Assembly: GCA_041675085.1 (NCBI GenBank) | Contig: JBAYUN010000002.1 | Coordinates: 79,967-143,966, forward strand | Direction: 5' to 3' | Source: Minisyncoccota bacterium | GTDB taxonomy: Bacteria > Patescibacteriota > Minisyncoccia > Phycocordibacterales > UBA9973 | DNA length: 64,000 nucleotides | In this document: in pieces, positions 30,573 to 39,356 of the stretch | Layout of the letters: every line of letters begins with the position of its first letter | Position numbering within the stretch: the stretch's first letter is position 1 | The notes under the pieces: generated by a model | What the model saw: only the letters and a program-made list of their open reading frames with translations | Database searches by the model: none | Told to the model about the DNA's origin: nothing | Position numbers and translations under genes: made by a program

Positions 30573-31001
30573 ATGAAGAACAATCTAAACAAAGGTGAAA
30601 CAATCTTGGAAAAAAGCGGTCTCAAGAAGACTGGACCAAGACTAAGTTTCATAGAATTTTTCCAAAAGAACAAAAAACCTTCTTCGGCTTTGGATATATT
30701 CAATACTTTATCAAAAGAAAACATAGACAAGGTTACTATATATAGAACACTAGAAAGTTTTCTAAAAAAAGGCATCATCAAAAGAGTAGATACAGGTAAA
30801 AGAGAAGCCGAATACGAACTCATAGACGAAGAACATGATCATCATCACATCATCTGCATCAAATGCAAAAAAATTGAAGACTTTACTGGATGTGATAGTG
30901 AAATGTTTGTAAAAAATGCATTAAAAAATGCAAAAAACTTTAAAAATATCACTCATCATTCTTTTGATTTGTTTGGTATTTGCAACTCTTGCAACAAATA
31001 A
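30573..31001 (+). CDS. Fur family regulator (Zur-like)
   Basis: TIYRTL, HDHHHIICIKC, CNSC. Confidence 0.92.
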   Translation: MKNNLNKGETILEKSGLKKTGPRLSFIEFFQKNKKPSSALDIFNTLSKENIDKVTIYRTLESFLKKGIIKRVDTGKREAEYELIDEEHDHHHIICIKCKKIEDFTGCDSEMFVKNALKNAKNFKNITHHSFDLFGICNSCNK

Positions 31002-31009
31002 TAAAAATC

Positions 31010-31018
31010 TGTGGATAA
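31010..31018 (-). promoter_or_regulatory. DnaA box upstream of nrdBA
   Basis: Perfect TTATCCACA on the minus strand. Confidence 0.5.
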
Positions 31019-31133
31019 CTCGATAAAATCCTAAAATACCCTTATTTTTAAGGGTGTTTTCTTTTGTAAAAAAATGTTAAGATTAATAGACTAAAAGTAA
31101 ATTGAAGTTAGAAATTAATCAAAAAATAAAAAT

Positions 31134-32450
31134 ATGGATACCAAAAACGAACCACAATTAGTCAACTGCATAAAGAAAAGAGATCACACGATTCAAGACT
31201 TTGATTTAAAGAAAATAGCTTCTGCTGTATACAAAGCTATGACCTCTGTAGGTAATGGAACCATGAACGATGCAGAGAAAATTGCCGAAGAAGTGTCTGT
31301 TCGTGTAAATGAAAAATTCAACAAGACTCTAGAAGGCTCTACTACAAACAAAGAAGCTTGTCCTAGTGTAGAAATAGTCCAAGATACCGTAGAAGAAGCC
31401 CTAATGGCCAACGATTTCTTTGATGTAGCCAAAGCTTATATCCTATACCGCTCTCAAAGAGCTGAAATGAGAAAGAGAGATATTTTCAAAAAAAGAATAA
31501 CTCTAAAACCTTACGAATATCCTGAATTATACGAGTATGTGAGTGCTATAAGGCATTCATATTGGATTCACAGTGAGTTCAATTTTACTAGTGATGTTCA
31601 AGACTTTAAAGTTAATGTAAATGAAATAGAAAAAAGTGCTATTAAAAACGCCATGCTGGCTATCGCTCAGATAGAAGTAGCTGTCAAAACTTTCTGGGGA
31701 GATATTTATAAAAGAATGCCAAAGCCAGAGATAGGAGCAGTCGGAGCCACTTTCGCTGAAAGTGAAGTCCGTCACACAGACGCCTACTCTCACCTACTCG
31801 AGATATTGAACCTCAATAGTGAATTTGAAAACATAAAAGACATTCCAGCTCTAATGGACAGAGTTCAATATCTAGAAAAGTCCTTGAAGAATGCTCGTAG
31901 TGAAGACAATCGTGAATACACTCAATCTATCCTACTATTCGCTTTATTTATAGAACACGTATCCCTATTCTCTCAATTCTTGATCATAATGTCCTTTAAT
32001 AAGCACAGAAACCTTTTCAAAGGTATATCTAATGCTGTCGAAGCCACTTCCAAAGAAGAACAAATTCACGGACTATTCGGTATAGATATTATAAACATAA
32101 TCAAAGAAGAACATCCTGAATGGTTTGACCAAGAATTCGAAGAACAAGTCATCAAGCTATGTCATGAAGCTTTTGAAGCCGAAATGAAAGTAGTCGACTG
32201 GATTTTTGAAAAAGGAGAATTATACTTTATGCCAAAATCTGTAGTACTAGAATTCATAAAGCAAAGATTCAATAATTCCCTAGTAAGCATCGGTAGCAAA
32301 AAGATTTTTGAAGTCGATGAGACATTTACCAAAGAATCAGACTGGTTCTACGACGAAGTTATCGCTACCAAGCACGGAGACTTCTTTAATAAGAGATCAA
32401 TCAATTACAGTAAAAAAACCAAAAGTATCACAAGTGACGATTTGTTTTAA
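31134..32450 (+). CDS. nrdB: Class I ribonucleotide reductase beta subunit with N-terminal ATP-cone
   Basis: IKKRD, FDLKKI, VEIVQDTVE, AKAYILYR cone; ESEVRHTDAY and EEQIH metal ligands. Confidence 0.93.
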   Translation: MDTKNEPQLVNCIKKRDHTIQDFDLKKIASAVYKAMTSVGNGTMNDAEKIAEEVSVRVNEKFNKTLEGSTTNKEACPSVEIVQDTVEEALMANDFFDVAKAYILYRSQRAEMRKRDIFKKRITLKPYEYPELYEYVSAIRHSYWIHSEFNFTSDVQDFKVNVNEIEKSAIKNAMLAIAQIEVAVKTFWGDIYKRMPKPEIGAVGATFAESEVRHTDAYSHLLEILNLNSEFENIKDIPALMDRVQYLEKSLKNARSEDNREYTQSILLFALFIEHVSLFSQFLIIMSFNKHRNLFKGISNAVEATSKEEQIHGLFGIDIINIIKEEHPEWFDQEFEEQVIKLCHEAFEAEMKVVDWIFEKGELYFMPKSVVLEFIKQRFNNSLVSIGSKKIFEVDETFTKESDWFYDEVIATKHGDFFNKRSINYSKKTKSITSDDLF

Positions 32451-32479
32451 TTAATAATATAATCATAAATTTAAAATAT

Positions 32480-34216
32480 ATGTACTGGCTAAACGAAAAT
32501 AGTAAAAAGTTTTTATCAAAAGGTTATCTAATGGAAGGCGTAACAGCCGAAGAGCGTATTCGCGAAATAGCTAATATCGCTGAAAAATATCTAAACAAAC
32601 CCGGTTTTTCTGACAAATTTTATGATTATATGTCTCGTGGGTTTTACTCTCTAGCCTCCCCTGTTTGGTCAAACTACGGATTAGAGAGAGGTTTACCTAT
32701 TAGTTGTTTCTCTAGTTATATTGGAGACGACATGTCTCGTATTCTATACACTCATGCTGAAGTCGGCATGATGACTAAATACGGTGGCGGTACAGCTGGA
32801 CACTTTGCAGGTCTTCGCCCTCGTGGAGCTGTGATCAAAGACAATGGTCAGTCTTCCGGTGCAGTACACTTTATGGAGCTTTTTGATAATCTTATCAACA
32901 TAGTTAGTCAGGGTTCTGTACGTCGTGGTCACTTTGCTCCGTATCTACCTGTAGAACACGCTGATATCGAAGAATTTCTAAATATCGGAAAAGAAGGTCA
33001 CCCTATCCAAGAATCTACTTATGCTGTTACCGTCACTGACAAATGGCTAGAAGATATGGTTGGCGGAGATGAAGAAAAGAGAAAAATCTGGGCAAAAATA
33101 ATCCAAAGAAGAACTGAAATAGGATATCCATACATCTTGTTTAGCGATACTGTAAACAACAATACTGTAGACGTATACAAAGACAAGAAAATGAAAATCC
33201 ATGGTAGTAATCTCTGCTCAGAGATAGCTTTGCCTACCTCTGACGAGATATCTTTTGTTTGTTGTTTATCTTCTATGAATATCAAGCATTATGATGAATG
33301 GAAAGATACTGATGCAGTCGAGACTCTAGTTATGTTCTTGGATACTGTTATCACTAGTTTTATCGAGAGATTAGAATCTCTGAGAGACAGCGCTGATGCC
33401 GACAAGCAATCTGCATTTTATTTCATGAAGAGAGCTCACAAATTTGCCAAAGAGCATAGAGCTCTAGGCTTGGGAGTATTAGGCTGGCACACATACCTCC
33501 AAGAACACAATATCGCTTTTGAGAGTAAACAAGCCTTCGACCTAAACAAAGAAATCTTTAAATTAATCCACGAGAAATCATACGAAGCTTCAAAAGAATT
33601 AGCAAAAGAATACGGCGAACCAGAAATACTAAAAGGCTACGGTCGTCGCAACACTACCCTCTTAGCTATCGCTCCTACTACTTCATCTGCTTTTATCTTA
33701 GGACAAGTATCTCAAGGTATCGAGCCAGTTATGTCTAATGCTTTCGTAAAAGATGTAGACAAGATGAAAGTAACCATCAAGAACCCGACTCTCGAAGCTC
33801 TCCTAGAAGACAAAGGTATGAACAATACCGATACTTGGAATAGTATTAGAGACAATGACGGTTCTGTGCAACACCTCGACTTCCTGACTACTCATGAGAA
33901 AATGGTATTCCGTACTTTCAGTGAAATAGATCAGACAGCTATCATAGACCAAGCAGCAGAACGTCAAGAATTCATAGATCAATCTCAATCCTTAAACCTT
34001 ATGATAGATCCTACGATAACTACAAAAGAATTGAATGCTCTATATCTACATGCTTGGAAGAAAGGAGTTAAAACTCTCTACTACCAACACAGTATGAACG
34101 CTGCTCAACAATTCGGTAGAAAGAAACTTCAAGAAGCTGAAATGAAAAAGAAACAAGCAATAAAAGACGCTGACGAAAACCCTGATGCGAATGTTTGCGT
34201 TAGTTGTGAGGGATAA
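32480..34216 (+). CDS. nrdA: Class I ribonucleotide reductase alpha subunit, no ATP-cone
   Basis: PISC, SNLCSE, APTTSS, KTLYY, C-terminal CVSC. Confidence 0.95.
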   Translation: MYWLNENSKKFLSKGYLMEGVTAEERIREIANIAEKYLNKPGFSDKFYDYMSRGFYSLASPVWSNYGLERGLPISCFSSYIGDDMSRILYTHAEVGMMTKYGGGTAGHFAGLRPRGAVIKDNGQSSGAVHFMELFDNLINIVSQGSVRRGHFAPYLPVEHADIEEFLNIGKEGHPIQESTYAVTVTDKWLEDMVGGDEEKRKIWAKIIQRRTEIGYPYILFSDTVNNNTVDVYKDKKMKIHGSNLCSEIALPTSDEISFVCCLSSMNIKHYDEWKDTDAVETLVMFLDTVITSFIERLESLRDSADADKQSAFYFMKRAHKFAKEHRALGLGVLGWHTYLQEHNIAFESKQAFDLNKEIFKLIHEKSYEASKELAKEYGEPEILKGYGRRNTTLLAIAPTTSSAFILGQVSQGIEPVMSNAFVKDVDKMKVTIKNPTLEALLEDKGMNNTDTWNSIRDNDGSVQHLDFLTTHEKMVFRTFSEIDQTAIIDQAAERQEFIDQSQSLNLMIDPTITTKELNALYLHAWKKGVKTLYYQHSMNAAQQFGRKKLQEAEMKKKQAIKDADENPDANVCVSCEG

Positions 34217-34269
34217 AAGAAAATTGAAATAAGAAAAACCACTTAAGAGAACTTCTTAAGTGGTTTTTT
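34191..34269 (+). repeat. nrdA 3' tail plus terminator, copy 1 (functional)
   Basis: 79 nt identical to 34986-35064. Confidence 0.95.
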
Positions 34270-34292
34270 TGATTTAGAAACGAAACAACAAT

Positions 34293-34880
34293 TTACAAAG
34301 AGTAGAAAAAAGCACCTTTGTCGTTTTTCATTATTACGTGAGCATGCACGCATTCAATACCAACTGCGTGAATGAAAAAATCGTGTGAAGTCTGATCAAA
34401 TTCAAGAATAACAAGCAACCTGCAACTTTTAGAAGGTTTAAACGGTATTGTGCAAATGTCTGAAAAATCAACGCAAAAAATATGATTTGTTACACCATTA
34501 TGGGTGATGTGTGTTTTTTCTCCTTTTCTTAATTCTTCTATCACGCTAATAGCCGTTGCCAGAAATTGAGAACTATTCAGAGTTTCTTCTTTTTGACCAT
34601 AACCCCAACCAACAACACTATTCGTTAATTGATCAAATCTCTTGTCTATGCTAAGTTTTTTAACACTAAAAGCTTTCTCAGTATTCAAAAAATTAATCTG
34701 ATTAAGAAAATAGATCACCTCATTAATTGCATGATTTCTCGTTGGGCTTAAGTCTTTCCCGTGAAGAGGAAAAAAACTTGCTAAGTCAAAATCTGTAAAA
34801 GTTGGTATTTGAATTTCAGAATCAAATACTAGACACCTTTCTCCTAAAGATAATGTTGGATAAACTGATAAATCTGTCAT
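34293..34880 (-). CDS. Hypothetical protein, cassette 1 cargo
   Basis: 195-aa ORF; upstream TTGCAT-17-TTTTAT promoter module. Confidence 0.7.
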   Translation of the reverse strand: MTDLSVYPTLSLGERCLVFDSEIQIPTFTDFDLASFFPLHGKDLSPTRNHAINEVIYFLNQINFLNTEKAFSVKKLSIDKRFDQLTNSVVGWGYGQKEETLNSSQFLATAISVIEELRKGEKTHITHNGVTNHIFCVDFSDICTIPFKPSKSCRLLVILEFDQTSHDFFIHAVGIECVHAHVIMKNDKGAFFYSL

Positions 34881-34889
34881 TTTATAAAA

Positions 34890-35064
34890 TTTAAAAGAAC
34901 GTTAAAAAATATATATCCCAATAATAAAACCATATCTATATTAAAAATGCAAGACTCTCGTGCTGGATCTTACATAGCACATAAGATGTTTGCGTTAGTT
35001 GTGAGGGATAAAAGAAAATTGAAATAAGAAAAACCACTTAAGAGAACTTCTTAAGTGGTTTTTT
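34890..35064. repeat. Cassette junction: promoter module, hairpin (34960-34980), nrdA tail copy 2 (34986-35064)
   Basis: Aligns to 35640-35769; tail identical to copy 1. Confidence 0.9.
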
Positions 35065-35159
35065 GTTTAAATGTAGATTTACAAAATCTATCAAAAATTT
35101 TTGAATAAAGAGTAAAGTTCAAAGTGAATAAAGAGGTCAAAGTAAAAAAATTCTAAGTT

Positions 35160-35630
35160 CTACTTCCTAAAAATAAGAGCTGGACAATCGTAGAACCAGT
35201 ATTCTTTTACATGAACCCAATCAAAATTAATATTACTATCATACTCATCCAGACAAGGGGCATACAGCTCACCCAAACAGGTAAGGATAACTGATTTCCA
35301 ACCAAACACTCTTTTACCTTTATATAAGTATTGAAATACTTTTATTCCTTTTTGTTGTAGACCGAACAAATCAGCTAGATTAAGACAGTCTTTTAAAAGA
35401 TCATCTTCTTTGAGTTCATCGTAAATTGAATGACCTCTGACTATTCCCTGTACTTGATACTCATGACACCAAAGATTCACGTCATTTTGTAAATCAAATT
35501 TATCAGGTCCAGTTAATTCAAACTCTGGGTGTATTACCTTTTCCAGAAAAACTGGATAAATTGGTTTTTGCGAACGGTCGACTTCAACAAAAAAATCAAG
35601 GACTGGTTCAGATTTTATATTACTACTCAT
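35160..35630 (-). CDS. Hypothetical protein, cassette 2 cargo
   Basis: ORF from ATG 35630 (MSSNIK), same promoter module as cassette 1. Confidence 0.7.
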   Translation of the reverse strand: MSSNIKSEPVLDFFVEVDRSQKPIYPVFLEKVIHPEFELTGPDKFDLQNDVNLWCHEYQVQGIVRGHSIYDELKEDDLLKDCLNLADLFGLQQKGIKVFQYLYKGKRVFGWKSVILTCLGELYAPCLDEYDSNINFDWVHVKEYWFYDCPALIFRK

Positions 35631-35639
35631 AATATCTAT

Positions 35640-35769
35640 ATTTAAGGAACATTTAAAAATCTTATATCCCAATAATAAAACCATATCTTACAATAAAATG
35701 CAATATTCTTGTGCTAGGTCTTGCCTAGCACAGAAGATGTTTGTATCAGTTGCGAGGGATAAAAGAAAA
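35640..35769. repeat. Cassette junction: promoter module, hairpin TGTGCTAGG-tcttg-CCTAGCACA (35710-35732), nrdA tail copy 3
   Basis: Tail reads DVCISCEG* with synonymous codon changes relative to nrdA. Confidence 0.88.
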
Positions 35770-35829
35770 ATAAAAAAACTCTGCGTTTTATTCGCAGAGT
35801 TTTTGTCTTTAAAGACTTAAGTTAAAATC

Positions 35830-36363
35830 CTAAAATCTTTTTTTTAAATCACTCACTTTTACGTAATAACTACACAATCCTCTAATATGGGTAATTGTGC
35901 CATCCTTAATGACGCATATTTCAGTTTTTGGTTCTTCTGCTATTAATTTTTCCACTCCATCAAATCTTGTAATATCTACAAAATTATGCAATTGGTCATA
36001 TGTAGTAAAAATAACTTCATTTTGTTCATCAAATACATACCTTTTATTCCAAATATTCTCGTGTTTAATTTTTATTTTTTTATCTCCAAAAAAAATGTAG
36101 GTCATTTGATTTGTATAAAAATCTAAAAATAATACAGGATCATGATATTTCTTTGGTAATGCATTTTCTTGCTCTCTTTTTAAGACGAATTCTTCTTCTT
36201 GGGGTTGAGTGGTAAATTCAATGAGTTGAGAACCATAACTATCTCTATTAGATTTACGTATTATTACTATAAATCGATAAGATTCAATGGTTACTTCAAA
36301 ATTTTGAAAACTTGAAGTTATTTCTTTTTTTCCAGGATCAATGTACGGTAAGCTAAACAACAT
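35830..36363 (-). CDS. Hypothetical protein
   Basis: ORF, probable start ATG 36363; upstream TTGATT-17-TAGAGT; terminator 35773-35804. Confidence 0.6.
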   Translation of the reverse strand: MLFSLPYIDPGKKEITSSFQNFEVTIESYRFIVIIRKSNRDSYGSQLIEFTTQPQEEEFVLKREQENALPKKYHDPVLFLDFYTNQMTYIFFGDKKIKIKHENIWNKRYVFDEQNEVIFTTYDQLHNFVDITRFDGVEKLIAEEPKTEICVIKDGTITHIRGLCSYYVKVSDLKKRF

Positions 36364-36496
36364 GATATACATTTTATATAAATTACAAAATACGAATTTC
36401 ATAAATACTCTACAATAAAAACAAACAAAAATCAAATTTAGATAAAAACATAAAAATAGATTTGCTCTAGCGCTCCATTTTGTTTATAATTTAAAT

Positions 36497-36958
36497 GTGG
36501 AAGACAAAAAAATATCTTGGGCAGTACCTGCCTATACTCATAGTGAAAAAAGTGTCGACTGGTTTTGGGCTCTCGGTATCGTAGCTGTCACCAGTAGTAT
36601 CATAGCTATCCTTTTAGCAAATTATTTTTTTGCTATTCTAATAGTCTTGGGTGGTATACTCATGGCTTATTTTGCTCACAAAGAACCCGAGACTCTTTAC
36701 TACGAATTGGACAAAAAAGGACTCAAAGTAAAAGACCGACTTTATCCATACAAAAGTATCTTGGCTTTTTGGGTAGATACAACTAAAAACCCTACCCTAT
36801 TCATCAAAACAGATAGAGTTTTCTTGCCAGTTATCCCTCTTAGTATCAACATAAACGTCTCAGAAAGGATCCGCGAAGCTTTCTTGGCGCAAGAAATTAA
36901 AGAAGAAGAAATGAAAGAGCATCCAGCCGAAGCTATCATGGAACTCATAGGATATTAA
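36497..36958 (+). CDS. Membrane protein with PH-like domain (DUF5673-like)
   Basis: EKS.DWFW, two TM helices, YPY..I..FW; GTG start 6 nt after TATAAT. Confidence 0.7.
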   Translation: MEDKKISWAVPAYTHSEKSVDWFWALGIVAVTSSIIAILLANYFFAILIVLGGILMAYFAHKEPETLYYELDKKGLKVKDRLYPYKSILAFWVDTTKNPTLFIKTDRVFLPVIPLSININVSERIREAFLAQEIKEEEMKEHPAEAIMELIGY

Positions 36959-37040
36959 ACAAAATCCTTCTTGGCTTTGATTTTTATCTTAAAACCTGTT
37001 AATCTAAGTCTAGCTATGTATTTTAATTAAAATAGCTTAT

Positions 37041-37112
37041 GCTTCCGTCGTTCAATGGATAGGACGCAACTTTGCGGAAGTTGTGATGTAGGTTCGATTC
37101 CTACCGGAAGCA
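37041..37112 (+). tRNA. tRNA-Arg(GCG)
   Basis: GCTTCCG/CGGAAGC acceptor, CAACT-TTGCGGA-AGTTG, GGTTCGATTCC. Confidence 0.93.
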
Positions 37113-37113
37113 C

Positions 37114-37848
37114 ATGGAATACCCAATCAGACTCAATAAATATTTAGCTCTTAAAAACATAGCTACTAGACGTGGAGCCGACAAACTTATCGAAGAGCGT
37201 AAGGTTTTTATTAATGGCAAGGTAGCCGTATTAGGTAGTCAGGTCAAAGACGGAGACAAAGTCGAAGTCAAAGGGCAAAAAGAAGTTCCTTATCTTTACT
37301 ATGCTTATAACAAGCCTATCGGAGTCATAACTCATTCTCCAGGCGAAGATGAAGTAGATATAAAAGAAAGCGTCAAAAAACAAAATCAAAAAGTAGAAAA
37401 GAAAGCTCGTATACCCGAAGGTGTCTTCCCAGTCGGACGATTAGACAAAGCAAGTCATGGGCTTTTAATCCTGACCAACGACGGTAGAATAACCGACAAA
37501 CTTTTAAATCCAAAATACGTACACGAAAAAGAATACGTCGTAAGAACTAGCAACAAACTCCGCAATAATTTTAAAGACAAGATGGAAGCTGGAGTTAATA
37601 TTGAAGGCTACAAAACTAAAAAATGCAAAGTAGAAATAGTAAATGAAAATACTTTCAGGGTGATTCTCACCGAAGGCAAAAAGCATCAGATCCGTCGTAT
37701 GTGCTCGGCTCTATTCCAAGAAGTCGCCGACCTTAAACGCATCCGTGTTATGAATATCAAATTAGATAGATTACCTTCGAATTCTTCAAGAGTTATCAAA
37801 GGTAAAGAATTAGAAGTCTTCTTAGAAGAGATTTTAAATCAAAAATAA
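37114..37848 (+). CDS. RsuA/RluF family pseudouridine synthase with S4 domain
   Basis: RLNKYLA, GRLD, LTNDG, EKEY, EGKKHQIRRM. Confidence 0.94.
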   Translation: MEYPIRLNKYLALKNIATRRGADKLIEERKVFINGKVAVLGSQVKDGDKVEVKGQKEVPYLYYAYNKPIGVITHSPGEDEVDIKESVKKQNQKVEKKARIPEGVFPVGRLDKASHGLLILTNDGRITDKLLNPKYVHEKEYVVRTSNKLRNNFKDKMEAGVNIEGYKTKKCKVEIVNENTFRVILTEGKKHQIRRMCSALFQEVADLKRIRVMNIKLDRLPSNSSRVIKGKELEVFLEEILNQK

Positions 37849-37866
37849 TTCTTATATTATTCTAGA

Positions 37867-38130
37867 CTATTCACTTTGAGCCCATTCTTTGAGCTCTTCA
37901 TAAGTAGCTTCTCCGCAAATAAATTTATTGTTTTTTGTATTATAGAAAAAAGGCACTCCTCCACATAGATCTTTGTCGAGCTCGAGTAATTTCTTTTCAT
38001 TTTCTTCATTGTGCCAAACTTCAAGAGATTCTATTTTTATCCCCTCTTCTTTTTCGAGCTTAACAACTAGTTTCCTCATATCCAAACAATGAGGGCATTC
38101 CTCTCCATAAAATTCAAATAAATGTGACAT
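37867..38130 (-). CDS. Thioredoxin/glutaredoxin-like protein
   Basis: CPHC, CGGVPFF, ICGE. Confidence 0.85.
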   Translation of the reverse strand: MSHLFEFYGEECPHCLDMRKLVVKLEKEEGIKIESLEVWHNEENEKKLLELDKDLCGGVPFFYNTKNNKFICGEATYEELKEWAQSE

Positions 38131-38208
38131 AGCTATATTATATAATAAAAATTAGGAAAATAAAAAACCCTATAAATCTTTAAAGACCTACAGGGTTTTA
38201 ATAAAAAC

Positions 38209-38541
38209 TTACTTATAGACAAAAGCTTCTGAGCTTAAAATGTTTCTTGTCCCCTTTTGATCTAAGTCAAAAAGGTATTCGCTAACCAATCTCCGTCTTA
38301 GGTTAATCAAGAATTGATTTAACCATTCTTTAATTAATGTTTTTTCTGGTTCAGAAGTAATTTTTTGGTATGTTTTAACATCATTATTTCTGCTAATATG
38401 TCTGACTATTTCTTTGTATACTTCCTCAGCAGAATTGAAAACTGAATCCATTGTTTCATATTCTAGCTTTAAGCTAGAATTATCTTGATTATCAGATTCA
38501 TATAAAGACAGAATAATTTCAAAAATATTATTGTCGTCCAT
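38209..38541 (-). CDS. Hypothetical protein islet
   Basis: Probable start ATG 38541; upstream TTGCAT..TAGTAT promoter; terminators on both sides. Confidence 0.55.
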   Translation of the reverse strand: MDDNNIFEIILSLYESDNQDNSSLKLEYETMDSVFNSAEEVYKEIVRHISRNNDVKTYQKITSEPEKTLIKEWLNQFLINLRRRLVSEYLFDLDQKGTRNILSSEAFVYK

Positions 38542-38653
38542 TTGTTTTACAATTTTTAAATTAAAGATCAAATATCGTCTCTATACTACAATATCTCAAC
38601 TAAAATGCAAGTAAATAAAAAACCCTCTTAGTTTTACCTAAGAGGGTTTTTAA

Positions 38654-38905
38654 TTATTTTACGAGTCTTGTTAAACGAGACTTCTTGCGAGAAGCATTAT
38701 TTTTCTTAATAACACCTCTTTTTGCTGCTTTATCAATAGCTTGATAAGCGACAGGCATCATTTTAATTGCTTCTGCTTTGTCTTTTTTAACAGTTTTCTC
38801 TATTTTTTTGATAATCTCCTTCATAACCTTTTTTCTTCTATCATTAAAGGCTTTTTTGCGAAGAGATCCGCGGATTGCTTTTACAGCTGATTTTGTTATT
38901 GGCAT
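38654..38905 (-). CDS. rpsT: 30S ribosomal protein S20
   Basis: MPITKSA.KA, IDKAAKRGVIKKN.ASRKKSRL. Confidence 0.96.
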   Translation of the reverse strand: MPITKSAVKAIRGSLRKKAFNDRRKKVMKEIIKKIEKTVKKDKAEAIKMMPVAYQAIDKAAKRGVIKKNNASRKKSRLTRLVK

Positions 38906-38951
38906 AAATGTAATATAACAGAAAAGACTAAAAAAGGCAAACTAAAACAGG

Positions 38952-39347
38952 TTAAGAAAAATTAATAACAAAACTATACATACCCATACTGCAAGTACCG
39001 GTAAATGGAACCCCAGCGACAGGTACACCTATATCTATCACCTCTTCCCCGGTTTGAGGTAAGACCTTTTGATAATTAATAGAACGAATAGTTAAAGCAG
39101 CGGAACAATCGAAGACCCCATTAGTCTTCACTATGAGCTTAGTAGGGATACCTGCTTGTGCCTGTGTGACTCTAGGAAAGTAACCTCCTCCGGCATTAAT
39201 AGTGACATATTGAATACCATCAATAATTTCTACTTTTTGTTGATTTTGATCTGTACTAGTATTTGGCTTGTTTGTTATAACTAAGGCTAGCCCTATCAAC
39301 AACAACATAGCTACTATACTCAGGAAAATTTTGGAATTAAATTTCAT
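38952..39347 (-). CDS. Cupredoxin-domain protein
   Basis: GGYFP, DC, CSMGMY. Confidence 0.82.
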   Translation of the reverse strand: MKFNSKIFLSIVAMLLLIGLALVITNKPNTSTDQNQQKVEIIDGIQYVTINAGGGYFPRVTQAQAGIPTKLIVKTNGVFDCSAALTIRSINYQKVLPQTGEEVIDIGVPVAGVPFTGTCSMGMYSFVINFS

Positions 39348-39356
39348 ATTTTTAGA

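Noticed and set aside
34191-35805. Classical integron
   Set aside because: No intI, no RYYYAAC/GTTRRRY attC structure, and the cassettes carry their own promoters.
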